64,000 nucleotides of DNA from Tubulanus polymorphus (taxonomy: Eukaryota; Animalia; Nemertea). The translations under genes were made by a program, and so were the position numbers. Location: positions 13,462,655 through 13,526,654 of the forward strand of contig NC_134033.1 of assembly GCF_964204645.1 (NCBI RefSeq), in the 5' to 3' direction. Positions 35,671 to 38,091 of the stretch are shown here, piece after piece (the stretch's first letter is position 1; each line of letters starts with the position of its first letter). Below the pieces are notes generated by a model. The model made no database searches, was not told the origin of the DNA, and worked only from the letters and a program-made list of their open reading frames with translations.

Positions 35671-35778
35671 TGATTCGCTTGAAATTTCCGCTCTAGTGGT
35701 TTCGTTCAGGCAATATGCTATCCATATTACTATTAATGTTACCCTCAGGTTCTTATTGGTTTGCACGTATGTTCCCAT
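1..35778 (-). CDS. Giant mucin-like Ser/Thr-rich glycoprotein, gene B (5' part; signal peptide plus >=35.7 kb repeat exon, runs off the left edge, >=11,926 aa)
   Basis: ATG at 35778-35776 in ACAATGG context, with an in-frame TAA at 35790-35788 upstream. Manual translation gives MGTYVQTNKNLRVTLIVIWIAYCLNETTRAEISSESTTDTSTSVST, which runs directly into the 28-aa S/T repeats. The plus-strand shadow ORFs (35, 18902, 35600) are all in one register, so there is no frameshift. The ORF track lists no stop-terminated minus ORF here, consistent with a frame open to base 1. Confidence 0.88.
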   Translation of the reverse strand, partial: MGTYVQTNKNLRVTLIVIWIAYCLNETTRAEISSESTTDTSTSVSTSTVHTKSSANTESTSPTDYATSSWTISSTTVDTSTSASTETTTPTDSSTSSSTVSSTTVDTSTSASIESTSPTDSSTSSSTDTSTTVDTSTSASTDTTSPTDSSTSSSTVSSTTVDTSTSASTDTTSPTDSSTSSTTDTSTTVDTSTTVSTETTTPTDSSTSSSTDTSTTVDTSTSASTETTSPTDSFTSSPTDTSTTVDTSTSASTETTSPTDSSTSSSTVTSTTVDTSTSVSTETTTPTDSSTSSSTVSSTTVDTSTSASTDTTSPTDSSTTSSTVSSTTIDTSTSASTDTTSPTDSSTSSSTDTSTTVDTSTSVSTETTSPTDSSTSSSTDTSTTVDTSTSVSTETTSPTDSSTLSSTVSSTTVDTSTSASTDTTTPTDSSTSSSTDTSTTVDTSTLVSTETTTPTDSSTSSSTVSSTTVDTSTSASTDTTSPTDSSTTSSTVSSTTIDTSTSASTDTTSPTDSSTSSSTDTSTTVDTSTSVSTETTSPTDSSTSSSTDTSTTEDTSTSVSTETTSPTDSSTSSSTVSSTTVDTSTSASTDTTSPTDSSTSSSTDTSTTVDTSTSVSTETTTPTDSSTSSSTVSSTTVDTSTSASTDTTSPTDSSTSSSTDTSTTVDTSTSVSTETTTPTDSSTSSSTVSSTTVDTSTSVGTDTTSPTDSSTTSSTVSSTTIDTSTSASTDTTSPTDSSTSSSTDTSTTVDTSTSVSTETTSPTDSSTSSSTDTSTTVDTSTSVSTETTSPTDSSTSSSTVSSTTVDTSTSASTDTTSPMDSSTASSTDTSTTIDTSTTVSTETTTPTDSSTSSSTDTSTTVDTSTSVSTETTSPTDSSTSSSTVSPTTVDTSTSASTDTTSPTDSSTSSSTDTSTTLDTSTSVSTETTSPTDSSTSSSTDTSTTVDTSTSVSTETTSPTDSSTSSSTVSSTTVDTSTSASSDTTSPTDSSTSSSTDTSTTVDTSTSVSTETTTPTDSSTSSSTVSSTTVDTSTSASTDTTSPTDSSTSSSTDTSTTVDTSTSVSTETTTPTDSSTSSSTVSSTTVDTSTSAGTDTTSPTDSSTTSSTVSSTTVDTSTSASTDTTSPTDSSTSSSTDTSTTVDTSTSVSTETTSPTDSSTSSSTDTSTTVDTSTSVSTETTSPTDSSTSSSTVSSTTVDTSTSASTDTTSPTDSSTASSTDTSTTIDTSTTVSTETTTPTDSSTSSSTDTSTTVDTSTSVSTETTSPTDSSTSSSTVTSTTVDTSTSVSTETTTPTDSSTSSSTVSSTTVDTSTSASTDTTSPTDSSTTSSTVSSTTVDTSTSVSTETTSPTDSSTSSSTDTSTTVDTSTSVSTETTSPTDSSTSSSTVSSNTVDTSTSASTDTTSPTDSSTSSSTDTSTTVDTSTSVSTATTTPTDSSTSSSTVSSTTVDTSTSASTDTTSPTDSSTASSTDTSTAIDTSTSVSTETSTPTDSSTSSSTVSSTTVDTSTSASTDTTLTTDSSTSSSTDISTTVDTSTSSSTETTSPTDSSTSSSTDTSTTVDISTSVSTETTTPTDSSTSSTTVSSTTVDTSTSVSTETSTPTDSSTSSSTVSSTTVDTSTSASTDTTLTTDSSTSSSTDISTTVDTSTSSSTETTSPTDSSTSSSTDTSTTVDISTSVSTETTTPTDSSTSSTTVSSTTVDTSTSASTDTTLKTDSSTSSSTVSSTTVDTSTSASTDTTLTTDSSTSSSTVSSTTVDTSTSASTDTTLTTDSSTSSSTVSSTTVDTSTSASTETTTPMDSSTSSSTVSSTTVDTSTSASTDTTSPTDSSTSSTTDTSTTVETSTSSSIETTSPTDSSTSSTTDTSTTVDTSTSSSIETTSPTVSSTSSPTDTSTTVDTSTSASTDTTSPTDSSTSSSTDTSTTVDTSTSLSTETTTPTDSSTSSSTVSSSTVDTSTSASTDTTSPTDSSTSSSTVSSTTVDTSTSASTDTTSPTDSSTSSSTVSSSTVDTSTSVSTDTTSTTDSSTSSSTETSTTVDTSTSASIETTSPTDSSTSSSTDTSTTVDTSTSASTDTTSPTDSSISSSTVSSTTVDTSTSASIETTSPTDSSTSSSTDTSTTVDTSTSVSTETTTPTHSSTSSSTVSSSTVDTSTSASTDTTSPTDSSTSSSTDTSTTIDTSTSVSTETTTPTDSSTLSSIVSSTTVDTSTSASTDTTLTTDLSTTSSTVSSNSVDTSTSSSTVTTSPTDSSTSSSTDTTTVDTSTSVSTETTSATDSSTSSSTDTSTTVDTSTSASTDTTSPTDSSTSSTTDTSTTVDTSTSSSIETTSATDSSTSSPTVSSTTVDTSTSVSTDTTSTTDSSTSSSTETSTTVDTSTSASTETTSPTDSSTSSSTDTSTKVDTSTSASTDTTSPTDSSTSSSTVSSTTVDTSTSASTETTSPTDLSTSSSTDTSTTVDTSTSVSTETTTPTDSSTSSSTVSSSTVDTSTSASTDTTTPTDSSTTSSTVSASTVDTSTSVSTETTTPTDSSTSSSTDTTTTVDTSTSASTETTSPTDLSTSSSTDTSTTVDTSTSVSTETTTPTDSSTSSSTVSSTTIDTSTSASTDTTFTTDSSTSSSTDTSTTIDTSTSVSTDTTLTTDLSTSSSTDTSTTVDTSTSASTWTTSPTDSSTSSSTVSSTTVDTSTSASTETTSPTDSSTSSSTDTSTTVDTSTSVSTETTSPTDSSTSSSTVSSTTVDTSTSASTDTTSPTDSSSTSSTVSSTTIDTSTSASTDTTSPTDSSTSSTTDTSTTVDTSTTVSTETTTPTDSSTSSSTDTSTTVDTSTSVSTETTTPTASSTSSSTVSSTTVDTSTSASTDTTSPTDSSTSSSTDTSTTVDTSTSVTTETTTPTDSSTSSSTVSSSTVDTSTSASTDTTTPTDSSTTSSTVSSTTVDTSTSANTDTTSPTDSSTLSSTVSSTTVDTSTSSSTETKSATDSSTSSSTDTSTTVDTSTSASAETTSPTDSSTSSSTDTSTTVDTSTSVSTETTTPTDSSTLSSTVSSTTVDTSTSASTDTTLTTDLSTTSSTVSSNSVDTSTSSSTVTTSPTDSSTSSSTDTTTVDTSTSVSTETTSATDSSTSSSTDTSTTVDTSTSASTDTTSPTDSSTSSSTDTSTTVDTSTSSSIETTSATDSSTSSPTVSSTTVDTSTSVSTDTTSTTDSSTSSSTETSTTVDTSTSASTETTSSTDSSTSSSTDTSTKVDTSTSASTDTTSPTDSSTSSSTVSSTTVDTSTSASTETTSPTDSSTSSSTDTSTTVDTSTSVSTETTTPTDSSTSSSTVSSSTVDTSTSASTDTTTPTDSSTTSSTVSASTVDTSTSVSTETTTPTDSSTSSSTDTTTTVDTSTSASTDTTSPTDSSTSSSTVSSTTVDTSSSASTDTTSPTDSSTSSSTVSASTVDTSTSSSTEKTSATDSSTSSSTDTSTTVDTSTSASTETTSPTDSSTSSSTDTSTTVDTSTSASTETTSPTDSFTSSPTDTSTTVDTSTSASTETTSPTDSSTSSSTVTSTTVDTSTSVSTETTTPTDSSTSSSTVSSTTVDTSTSASTDTTSPTDSSTTSSTVSSTTIDTSTSASTDTTSPTDSSTSSSTDTSTTVDTSTSVSTETTSPTDSSTSSSTDTSTTVDTSTSVSTETTSPTDSSTSSSTVSSTTVDTSTSASTDTTSPTDSSTSSSTDTSTTVDTSTSVSTETTSPTDSSTSSSTDTSTTVDTSTSASTWTTSPTDSSTSSSTVSSTTVDTSTSASTETTSPTDSSTSSSTDTSTTVDTSTSASTDTTLTTDSSTSSSTVSSTTIDTSTSVSTETTSPTDSSTSSSTVSASTVDTSTSASTETTSPTDSSTSSSTDTSTTVDTSTSVSTDTTLTTDSSTSSSTDTSTTVDTSTSASTWTTSPTDSSTSSSTVSSTTVDTSTSASTETTSPTDSSTSSSTDTSTTVDTSTSVSTETTTPTDSSTSSSTVSSTTVDTSTSASTDTTSPTDSSTSSSTVSSTTVDTSTSASTDTTSPTDSSTSSSTDTSTTVDTSTSVSTETTTPTDSSTSSSTVSSTTVDTSTSASTDTTSPTDSSTSSTTDTSTTVDTSTTVSTETTTPTDSSTSSSTDTSTTVDTSTSVSTETTTPTASSTSSSTVSSTTVDTSTSASTDTTSSTDSSTSSSTVSSSTVDTSTSASTDTTTPTDSSTTSSTVSSTTVDTSTSANTDTTSPTDSSTLSSTVSSTTVDTSTSSSTETKSATDSSTSSSTDTSTTVDTSTSASAETTSPTDSSTSSSTDTSTTVDTSTSVSTETTTPTDSSTLSSTVSSTTVDTSTSASTDTTLTTDLSTTSSTVSSNSVDTSTSSSTVTTSPTDSSTSSSTDTTTVDTSTSVSTETTSATDSSTLSSTDTSTTVDTSTSASTDTTSPTDSSTSSTTDTSTTVDTSTSSSIETTSATDSSTSSPTVSSTTVDTSTSVSTDTTSTTDSSTSSSTETSTTVETSTSASTETTSPTDSSTSSSTDTSTKVDTSTSASTDTTSPTDSSTSSSTVSSTTVDTSTSASTETTSPTDSSTSSSTDTSTTVDTSTSVSTETTTPTDSSTSSSTVSSSTVDTSTSASTDTTTPTDSSTTSSTVSASTVDTSTSVSTETTTPTDSSTSSSTDTTTTVDTSTSASTDTTSPTDSSTSSSTVSSTTVDTSSSASTDTTSPTDSSTSSSTVSASTVDTSTSSSTEKTSATDSSTSSSTDTSTTVDTSTSASTETTSPTDSSTSSSTDTSTTVDTSTSASTETTSPTDSFTSSPTDTSTTVDTSTSASTETTSPTDSSTSSSTVTSTTVDTSTSVSTETTTPTDSSTSSSTVSSTTVDTSTSASTDTTSPTDSSTTSSTVSSTTIDTLTSASTDTTSPTDSSTSSSTDTSTTVDTSTSVSTETTSPTDSSTSSSTDTSTTVDTSTSVSTETTSPTDSSTSSSTVSSTTVDTSTSASTDTTSPTDSSTSSSTDTSTTVDTSTSVSTETTTPTDSSTSSSTVSSTTVDTSTSASTDTTSPTDSSTTSSTVSSTTIDTSTSASTDTTSPTDSSTSSSTDTSTTVDTSTSVSTETTSPTDSSTSSSTDTSTTVDTSTSVSTETTSPTDSSTSSSTVSSTTVDTSTSASTDTTSPTDSSTSSSTDTSTTVDTSTSVSTETTSPTDSSTSSSTVSSTTVDTSTSASTDTTSPTDSSTTSSTVSSTTIDTSTSASTDTTSPTDSSTSSSTDTSTTVDTSTSVSTETTSPTDSSTSSSTDTSTTVDTSTSVSTETTSPTDSSTSSSTVSSTTVDTSTSASTDTTSPTDSSTSSSTDTSTTVDTSTSVSTETTSPTDSSTSSSTDTSTTVDTSTSASTWTTSPTDSSTSSSTVSSTTVDTSTSASTETTSPTDSSTSSSTDTSTTVDTSTSVSTETTSPTDSSTSSSTVSASTVDTSTSASTETTSPTDSSTSSSTDTSTTVDTSTSASTDTTLTTDSSTSSSTDTSTTVDTSTSASTWTTSPTDSSTSSSTVSSTTVDTSTSASTETTSPTDSSTSSSTDTSTTVDTSTSVSTETTTPTDSSTSSSTVSSTTVDTSTSASTDTTSPTDSSTSSTTDTSTTVDTSTTVSTETTTPTDSSTSSSTDTYTTVDTSTSVSTETTTPTASFTSSPTDTSTTVDTSTSASTETTSPTDSSTSSSTVTSTTVDTSTSVSTETTTPTDSSTSSSTVSSTTVDTSTSASTDTTSPTDSSTTSSTVSSTTIDTSTSASTDTTSPTDSSTSSSTDTSTTVDTSTSVSTETTSPTDSSTSSSTDTSTTVDTSTSVSTETTSPTDSSTSSSTVSSTTVDTSTSASTDTTSPTDSSTSSSTDTSTTVDTSTSVSTETTTPTDSSTSSSTVSSTTVDTSTSASTDTTSPTDSSTTSSTVSSTTIDTSTSASTDTTSPTDSSTSSSTDTSTTVDTSTSVSTETTSPTDSSTSSSTDTSTTVDTSTSVSTETTSPTDSSTSSSTVSSTTVDTSTSASTDTTSPTDSSTSSSTDTSSTVDTSTSVSTETTSPTDSSTSSSTDTSTTVDTSTSASTWTTSPTDSSTSSSTVSSTTVDTSTSASTETTSPTDSSTSSSTDTSTTVDTSTSVSTETTSPTDSSTSSSTVSASTVDTSTSASTETTSPTDSSTSSSTDTSTTVDTSTSVSTDTTLTTDSSTSSSTDTSTTVDTSTSASTWTTSPTDSSTSSSTVSSTTVDTSTSASTETTSPTDSSTSSSTVSASTVDTSTSASTETTSPTDSSTSSSTDTSTTVDTSTSVSTETTTPTSSSTVSSTTVDTSTSAGTDTTSPTDSSTTSSTVSSTTIDTSTSASTDTTSPTDSSTSSSTDTSTTVDTSTTVSTETTSPTDSSTSSSTDTSTTVDTSTSVSTETTSPMDSSTSSSTVSSTTVDTSTSASTDTTSPTDSSTSSSTDTSTTVDTSTSVSTATTTPTDSSTSSSTVSSTTVDTSNSASTDTTSSTDSSTASSTDTSTTIDTSTSVSTETSTPTDSSTSSSTVSFTTVDTSNSASTDTTLTTDSSTSSSTDISTTVDTSTSSSTETTSPTDSSTSSSTDTSTTVDISTSVSTETTTPTDSSTSSTTVSSTTVDTSTSASTDTTLTTDSSTSSSTVSSTTVDTSTSASTDTTLTTDSSTSSSTVSSTTVDTSTSASTDTTLTTDSSTSSSTVSSTTVDTSTSASTETTTPMDSSTSSSTASSTTVDTSTSASTDTTSPTDSSTSSTTDTSTTVETSTSSSIETTSPTDSSTSSTTDTSTTVDTSTSSSIETTSPTVSSTSSPTDTSTTVDTSTSASTDTTSPTDSSTSSSTDTSTTVDTSTSLSTETTTPTDSSTSSSTVSSSTVDTSTSASTDTTSPTDSSTSSSTVSSTTVDTSTSASTDTTSPTDSSTSSSTVSSSTVDTSTSVSTDTTSTTDSSTSSSTETSTTVDTSTSASTETTSPTDSSTSSSTDTSTTVDTSTSASTDTTSPTDSSTSSSTVSSTTVDTSTSASTETTSPTDSSTSSSTDTSTTVDTSTSVSTETTTPTHSSTSSSTVSSSTVDTSTSASTDTTTPTDSSTTSSTVSSTTVHTSTSASTDTTSPTDSSTSSTTDTSTTVDTSTSSSIETTSATDSSTSSPTVSSTTVDTSTSASTDTTSPTDSSTSSLTVSSTTVDTSTSASTDTTFTTDSSTSSSTVSSTTVDTSSSASTDTTSPTDSSTASSTDTSTTIDTSTSASTDTTFTTDSSTSSSTDTSTTIDTSTSVSTDTTLTTDSSTSSSTDTSTTVDTSTSASTWTTSPTDSSTSSSTVSSTTVDTSTSASTETTSPTDSSTSSSTDTSTTVDTSTSVSTETTSPTDSSTSSSTVSASTVDTSTSASTETTSPTDSSTSSSTDTSTTVDTSTSVSTDTTLTTDSSTSSSTDTSTTVDTSTSASTWTTSPTDSSTSSSTVSSTTVDTSTSASTETTSPTDSSTSSSTDTSTTVDTSTSVSTETTTPTDSSTSSSTVSSTTVDTSTSASTDTTSPTDSSTSSSTDTSTTVDTSTSVSTETTTPTDSSTSSSTVSSTTVDTSTSASTDTTSPTDSSTSSTTDTSTTVDTSTTVSTETTTPTDSSTSSSTDTSTTVDTSTSVSTETTTPTDSSTSSSTVSSSTVDTSTSANTTLTTDLSTTSSTVSSNSVDTSTSSSTVTTSPTDSSTSSSTDTTTVDTSTSVSTETTSATDSSTSSSTDTSTTVDTSTSASTDTTSPTDSSTSSTTDTSTTVDTTTSSSIETTSATDSSTPSPTVSSTTVDTSTSVSTDTTSTTDSSTSSSTETSTTVDTSTSASTETTSPTDSSTSSSTDISTKVDTSTSASTDTTSPTDSSTSSSTVSSTTVDTSTSASTETTSPTDSSTASSTDTSTTIDTSTSASTDTTFTTDSSTSSSTDTSTTIDTSTSVSTDTTLTTDSSTSSSTDTSTTVDTSTSASTWTTSPTDSSTSSSTVSSTTVDTSTSASTETTSPTDSSTSSSTDTSTTVDTSTSVSTETTSPTDSSTSSSTVSASTVDTSTSASTETTSLTESSTSSSTVSASTVDTSTSASTETTSPTDSSTSSSSDTSTTVDTSTSASTVTTSPTDSSTSSSTDTSTTVDTSTSASTETTTPTDSSTSSSTVSSTTVDTSTSASTETTSPTDSSTSSSTDTSTTVDTSTSVSTETTTPMDSSTSSSTVSSSTVDTSTSASTVTTSPTDSSTSSSTVSASTVDTSTSASTVTTSPTDSSTSSSTDTSTTVDTSTLASIETTSPTDSSTSSSTDTSTTIDTSTSVSTDTTFTTDSSTSSSTDTSTTVDTSTSASTDTTSPTDSSTSSSTVSASTVDTSTSASTETTSPTDSSTSSSTDTSTTVDTSTSVSTETTTPTSSSTVSSTTVDTSTSSSTETTSPTDSSTSSSTDTSTTVDKSTSTSTETTSPTDSSTSSSTDTSTTVDTSTSASTDTTLTTDSSTSSSTDTSTTIDTSTSVSTDTTSPTDSSTSSSTDISTTVDTSTSASSETTSPTDSSTSSSTDTSTTVDTSTSASTETTSPTDSSTSSSTDTSTTVDTSTSASTETTSPTDSSTSSSTDISTTVDTSTSASSETTSPTDSSTSSSTDTSTTVDTSTSVSTETTTPTDSSTSSSTVSSSTVDTSTSASTDTTTPTDSSTTSSTVSSTTVDTSTSANTDTTSPTDSSTLSSTVSSTTVDTSTSSSTETKSATDSSTSSSTDTSTTVDTSTSASAETTSPTDSSTSSSTDTSTTVDTSTSASTDTTSPTDSSTSYSTDTSTTVDTSTSASTDTTSPTDSSTSSSTDTSTTVDTSTSVSTETTTPTDSSTSSSTVSSTTVDTSTSASTDTTSPTDSSTASSTDTSTTIDTSTSVSTKTSTPTDSSTSSSTVSSTTVDTSTSASTDTTLTTDSSTSSSTDISTTVDTSTSSSTETTSPTDSSTSSTTDTSTTVETSTSSSIETTSPTDSSTSSTTDTSTTVDTSTSSSIETTSPTDSSTSSPTDTSTTVDTSTSASTDTTSPTDSSTSSSTVSSSTADTSTSASTDTTTPTDSSTTSTTVSSTTVDTSTSASTDTTSPTDSSTSSSTDTSTTVDTSTSVSTDTTSTTDSSTSSSTETSTTVDTSTSASTETTSPTDSSTSSSTDTSTTVDTSISASTDTTLTTDSSTSSSTDTSTTIDTSTSVSTDTTSPTDSSTSSSTDTSTTVDTSTSASTETTSPTDSSTSSSTDISTTVDTSTSASTETTSPTDPSTSSSTDTSTTVDTSTSASTETTSPTDSSTSSSTDTSTTVDTSTLASIETTSPTDSSTSSSTDISTTVDTSTSASTETTSPTDSSTSSSTVSASTVDTSTSASTETTSPTDSSTSSSTDKSTTVDTSTSASTVTTSPTDSSTSSSTDTSTTVDTSTSASTDTTLTTDSSTTSSTDTSTTIDTSTSVSTDTTSPTDSSTSSSTDTSTTVDTSTSASTETTSPTDSSTSSTTDTSTTVETSTSSSIETTSPTDSSTSSTTDTSTTVDTSTSSSIETTSPTDSSTSSPTDTSTTVDTSTSASTDTTSPTDSSTSSSTVSSSTADTSTSASTDTTTPTDSSTTSTTVSSTTVDTSTSASTDTTSPTDSSTSSSTVSSTTVDTSTSASTDTTPPTDSSTSSSTVSSSTVDTSTSVSTDTTSTTDSSTSSSTETSTTVDTSTSASTETTSPTDSSTSSSTDTSTTVDTSISASTDTTLTTDSSTSSSTDTSTTIDTSTSVSTDTTSPTDSSTSSSTDTSTTVDTSTSASTETTSPTDSSTSSSTDISTTVDTSTSASTETTSPTDSSTSSSTDTSTTVDTSTSASTETTSPTDSSTSSSTDTSTTVDTSTLASIETTSPTDSSTSSSTDISTTVDTSTSASTETTSPTDSSTSSSTVSASTVDTSTSASTETTSPTDSSTSSSTDKSTTVDTSTSASTVTTSPTDSSTSSSTDTSTTVDTSTSASTDTTLTTDSSTTSSTDTSTTIDTSTSVSTDTTSPTDSSTSSSTDTSTTVDTSTSASTETTSPTDSSTSSSTDTSTTVDTSTSASIETTSPTDSSTSSSTDTSTTVDTSTSASTETTSPTDSSTSSSTDTSTTVDTSTSVSTESTTPTDSSTSSSTVSSTTVDTSTSASTDTTLTTDSSTSSSTVSSTTVDTSTSASTDTTLTTDSSTSSSTVSSTTVDTSTSASTDTTSPTDSSTSSSTVSSTTVDTSTSASTDTTLTTDSSTSSSTVSSTTVDTSTSASTDTTSPTDSSTSSSTETSTTVDTSTSASTETTSPTDSSTSSSTVSSTTVDTSTSASTETTSPTDSSTSSSTDTSTTVDTSTSVSTETTTPTDSSTSSSTVSSSSVDTSTSASTVTASPTDSSTSSSTDTSTTVDTSTSVSTDTTSTADSSTSSSTVSSTTVDTSTSSSTETTSPTDSSTSSSTDTSTTVDTSTSASTETTSPTDSSTSSSTDTSTTVDTSTSVSTDTTSTTDLSTSSSTVSSTTVDTSTSASTETTSPTDSSTSSSTDISTTVDTSTSASTETTSPTDSSTSSSTVSASTVDISTSASTETTSPTDSSTSFSTDTSTTVDTSTSARTVMTSPTDSSTSSSTDTSTTVDTSTSASTDTTLTTDSSTSSSTDTSTTIDTSTSVSTDTTSPTDSSTSSSTDTSTTVDTSTSASTVTTTPTDSSTSSSTDTSTTVDTSISASTVTTSPTDSSTSSSTDTSTTVDTSTSVSIETTSPTDSSTSSSTVSSTTVDTSTSASTDTTSPTDSSTSSSTDTSTTIDTSTSVSTDTTFTTDSSSSSSPDTSTTVDTSTSASTVTTSPTDSSTSSSTDTSTTVDTSTSVSTDTTSPTDSSTSSSTDTSTTIDTSTSVSTDTTFTTDSSTSSSTDTSTTVDTSTSASTVTSSPTDSSTSSSTVSASTVDTSTSASTVTTSPTDSSTSSSTDTSTTVDTSTSASIETTSPTDSSTSSSTDISTTVDTSTSASTETTSPTDSSTSSSTVSASTVDTSTSASTETTSPTDSSTSSSTDTSTTVDTSTSASTVTTSPTDSSTSSSTDTSTTLDTSTSASTDTTLTTNSSTSSSTDTSTTVDTSTSASTETTSPTDSSTSSSTDTSTTVDTSTSVSIETTSPTDSSTSSSTDISTTVDTSTSASTETTSPTDSSTSSSTDTSTTVNTSTSVSIETTSPTDSSTSSSTVSSTTVDTSTSASTDTTSPTDSSTSSSTDTSTTVDTSTSVSTDTTSPTDSSTSTSTDTSTTVDTSTSVSTETTTPTDSTTSSSTDTSTTVDTSTSASTDTTSPTDSSTLSSTVSSTTVDTSTSASTDTTSPTDSSTSSSTDISTTVDTSTSASTETTSPTDSSTSSSTVSSTTVDTSTSASTDTTSPTDSSTSSSTVSFSTVDTSTSASTETTTPTDSSTSSSTDTSTTVDTSTSASTETTSPTYSSTSSSTDTSTTVDTSTSASIETTSPTDSSTSSSTDTSTTVDTSTSVSIETTSPTDSSTSSSTVSSTTVDTSTSASIETTSPTDSSTSSSTDTSTTVDTSTSVSTDTTSPTDSSTSSSTDTSTTVDTSTSASTETTSPTDSSTSSSTDTSTTVDTSTSASIETTSPTDSSTSSSTDISTTVDTSTSASTETTSPTDSSTSSSTVSSTTVDTSTSASTDTTSPTDSSTSSSTDTSTTVDTSTSVSTDTTSPTDSSTSSSTDTSTTVDTSTSASTDTTSPTDSSTLSSTVSSTTVDTSTSASTDTISPTDSSTSSSTVSSSTEDTSTSVSTDTTSTTDLSTSSSTVSSTTVDTSTSSSTETISPTDSSTSSSTDTSTTVDTSTSASTETTSPTDSSTSSSTDTSTTVDTSTSASTVTTSPTDSSSSSSTDTSTTVDTSTSASTVTTSPTDSSTSSSTDTSTTLDTSTSVSTDTTLTTDSSTS
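35689..35778 (-). other. Signal peptide of gene B (about 30 aa)
   Basis: Basic n-region (K,R), hydrophobic core VTLIVIWIAYCL, polar c-region ending T-R-A|E-I-S-S, with small residues at -3 and -1. Confidence 0.7.
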
Positions 35779-35808
35779 TGTCTTTAATTATTTGATGAGG
35801 TTTGCCTG
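35779..35808 (-). other. Probable splice acceptor (TTCAG|G, exon start 35805) and 27-nt 5'UTR portion of the gene B giant exon
   Basis: Minus strand reads ...GGATTCAG|GCAAACCTCATCAAATAATTAAAGACA-ATG. Candidate upstream donors are CAG|GTAAGA (exon end 36116) and CAG|GTAATG (exon end 36127). Confidence 0.4.
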
Positions 35809-37399
35809 AATCCTTTTTGAATAACATCACATTTAATCTCTCTGAGAATGATGCAAACCTTTCCGTAGTATGCGTCAAGAACTCGTAGATGATACCGATA
35901 TTTGTCTAACTGTTTAAGCCCTTTTGTTTCTTTTCTCCTGTGGATTATCAGAGTAGATTAGCTTCAAACCCACTGAAGCTATTGAAAAAACTAAAACTCA
36001 TTTTTTAAGTAAACATGACAATTTTGGTTCATCTTTTTACGTCTTCATATTTTCAAGAATATGAAATTATTGTTTGACCATTTCATTGTGATTACCCAGT
36101 AAATCATTTTCTTACCTGACCATTACCTGGTTGTTTGTATTTCAGATTGGCTCTAAACTACAATTCGTGGAAACTGTTGAGTTACCCTTCACGTAAAATA
36201 AATACGTTATTCCTTTCGTTAATTGAATTTGGTTATTGATTATTCCTTGTCGTGATGTCCCAGGACGAAGTTATAGTATATAATTTAACGCGCCTTTAAT
36301 AAGCTACCTACTATGTATGGGAGATTTACGCGGGTTTCGTTGACATATTTCTTTTAAAAATATGGGTGTAACCCAAAATTACTGAACCGTGTAGTAAAAA
36401 ATCTGATTTCCTTTTATTCTTCATATTATGACGAACATAAGCGGCAATGTTAAATATGTGTTGCGTGCCTTTGAACAAATACTATCCGGTTTTTTGGGCG
36501 TTTCACGTATACCGGTATTTTGTCAATGAACATTTCATTATACGTAAAGGTTAATATTACGTAAAGATATGAAATATAATGACTATGTGCATCAATATAT
36601 ATCAATGATACAACACAAAATTTAACATGTGTATATATTCCTAAAGAAATCGTATTTTTTATAACCGCGTTCCGGGCTGGAGCTTGACAAACAAACTGAA
36701 CATATCGTGAACCATCTGTCATCATTAAATCCCCAACCGTTAACATCTTTATTCAACAGTATATATTTCTCTTTACCGTCGTTATTTTCTGTGTTATACT
36801 GAAATAATACTGTCGGAAATAACTGAAACGAAACTTAGCTCATTCATTCGTTGGGTTGGAAAACGACCGGTTGAAGGATCAATTTAAGTAGCACCCAGAT
36901 TTGAAACTATCCTGATTTATAATATTGAATGTCAGTGAAAAAACCGAAACGATCGAAATTCACAAGTCATAGAACAAGATTTATTGTGAAACGATCTCAA
37001 AAGAAATATGTATACATTATTTACGTTCAGTATGAAATTTATTTTTCCTACAATGTCACGACGACAAAATGTACGAATACATTTCCATGACCTGATTCCC
37101 TATAGCGAGAGACAATAGTTCTCAATGCGTGTCTAAGTTATGCCATCTTTTTCGTCATAATAAATTATTTTCGTATTCAGAACTGTTTAAGAGCAAAAGA
37201 TCTTAGAATACTACCGTGTAGCTTACTTTAAAATAGGTTGCCCATGCGGAGATCTACATTAATACACTTGCTTCTGAATTTAGCATGGTCACCTTACCAC
37301 ACACTTTAACAACCATTAGAATACCGCCGTAGTTATATTCAGTTCCCATAAATGTGTGTCTGTTTCTTTTTACGTAACAAAATTTCATTTTTCAAAGCA

Positions 37400-37803
37400 A
37401 TCTGAGTGTCCCTCCTCTTACAGCGGACAAGCAGTAGACATAATTGCCTTATGAACTCGGGCGGTGGATAGCCCGCAGATCCTAAGTCAATAAATTGATC
37501 ACTAGGAGATTATTTTCCTTTCCATTCCAATTGCTCGGCATACTGTTTTCCCACGCCATTAGAAAATTACACAAGAACTTCTTGTGATCTCGACTCTAGA
37601 CCCTGATTCCACCTGTCCAAACATCATCGTCGAAATTCAACTCTTCCATTAGTGTCGCAAAATGTTCCAACTCGGCTTCGTTATCGATAGCTATAAGATG
37701 ACCGCCGTCATGTTGCAGATTTTTGCGGTCTTCAAACGACCTACTTTCTTAAATGCCAACTCGTAACAAGCGTTGTCGACAAATTCTTAGTTTCCAGGAC
37801 ATT
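37400..37803 (-). pseudogene. Degenerate C-type lectin domain (CTLD) exon
   Basis: Strong acceptor CATTTCATTTTCAG| at 37804-37817, then xCPGN*EFVDNACYELAFKK...KIC. After a frameshift it reads QHDGGHLIAIDNEAELEHFATLMEELNFDDDVWTGGIRV*, then remnants NWNGKENN. This matches CTLD motifs CPxxW..CY, GGHL..I..E.E..F, WIG-like VWTGG and NW...E.NN. Stops at 37789-37787 and 37598-37596. The 3' boundary is approximate. Confidence 0.72.
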
Positions 37804-38091
37804 CTGAAAATGAAATGCATAGACTGATATACCGGTAGATTATCGTTCAGCGGCATACCCTAAAAACAGCAAGTTGTTTGTTTATCGAGTGATGATAATT
37901 ATCTAGATAGAGGATACATCAATTATAGATAAAAACCTACTGTACAAATGAAAAGAATTTTATAATCGATAATTTATTTATTCAAACAATCTAAAATATA
38001 AAATACAAGTCTTACTTTTCTTACTTCATGCCTTGCCAAACACTAATTACTAACTCACTCACGTATTTACTCAATTAACCTGTTCTCCTCT

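Noticed and set aside
37570-37586. Palindrome cacaagaa-c-ttcttgtg
   Set aside because: 8-bp arms with a 1-nt loop inside the pseudo-exon; plausible by chance.
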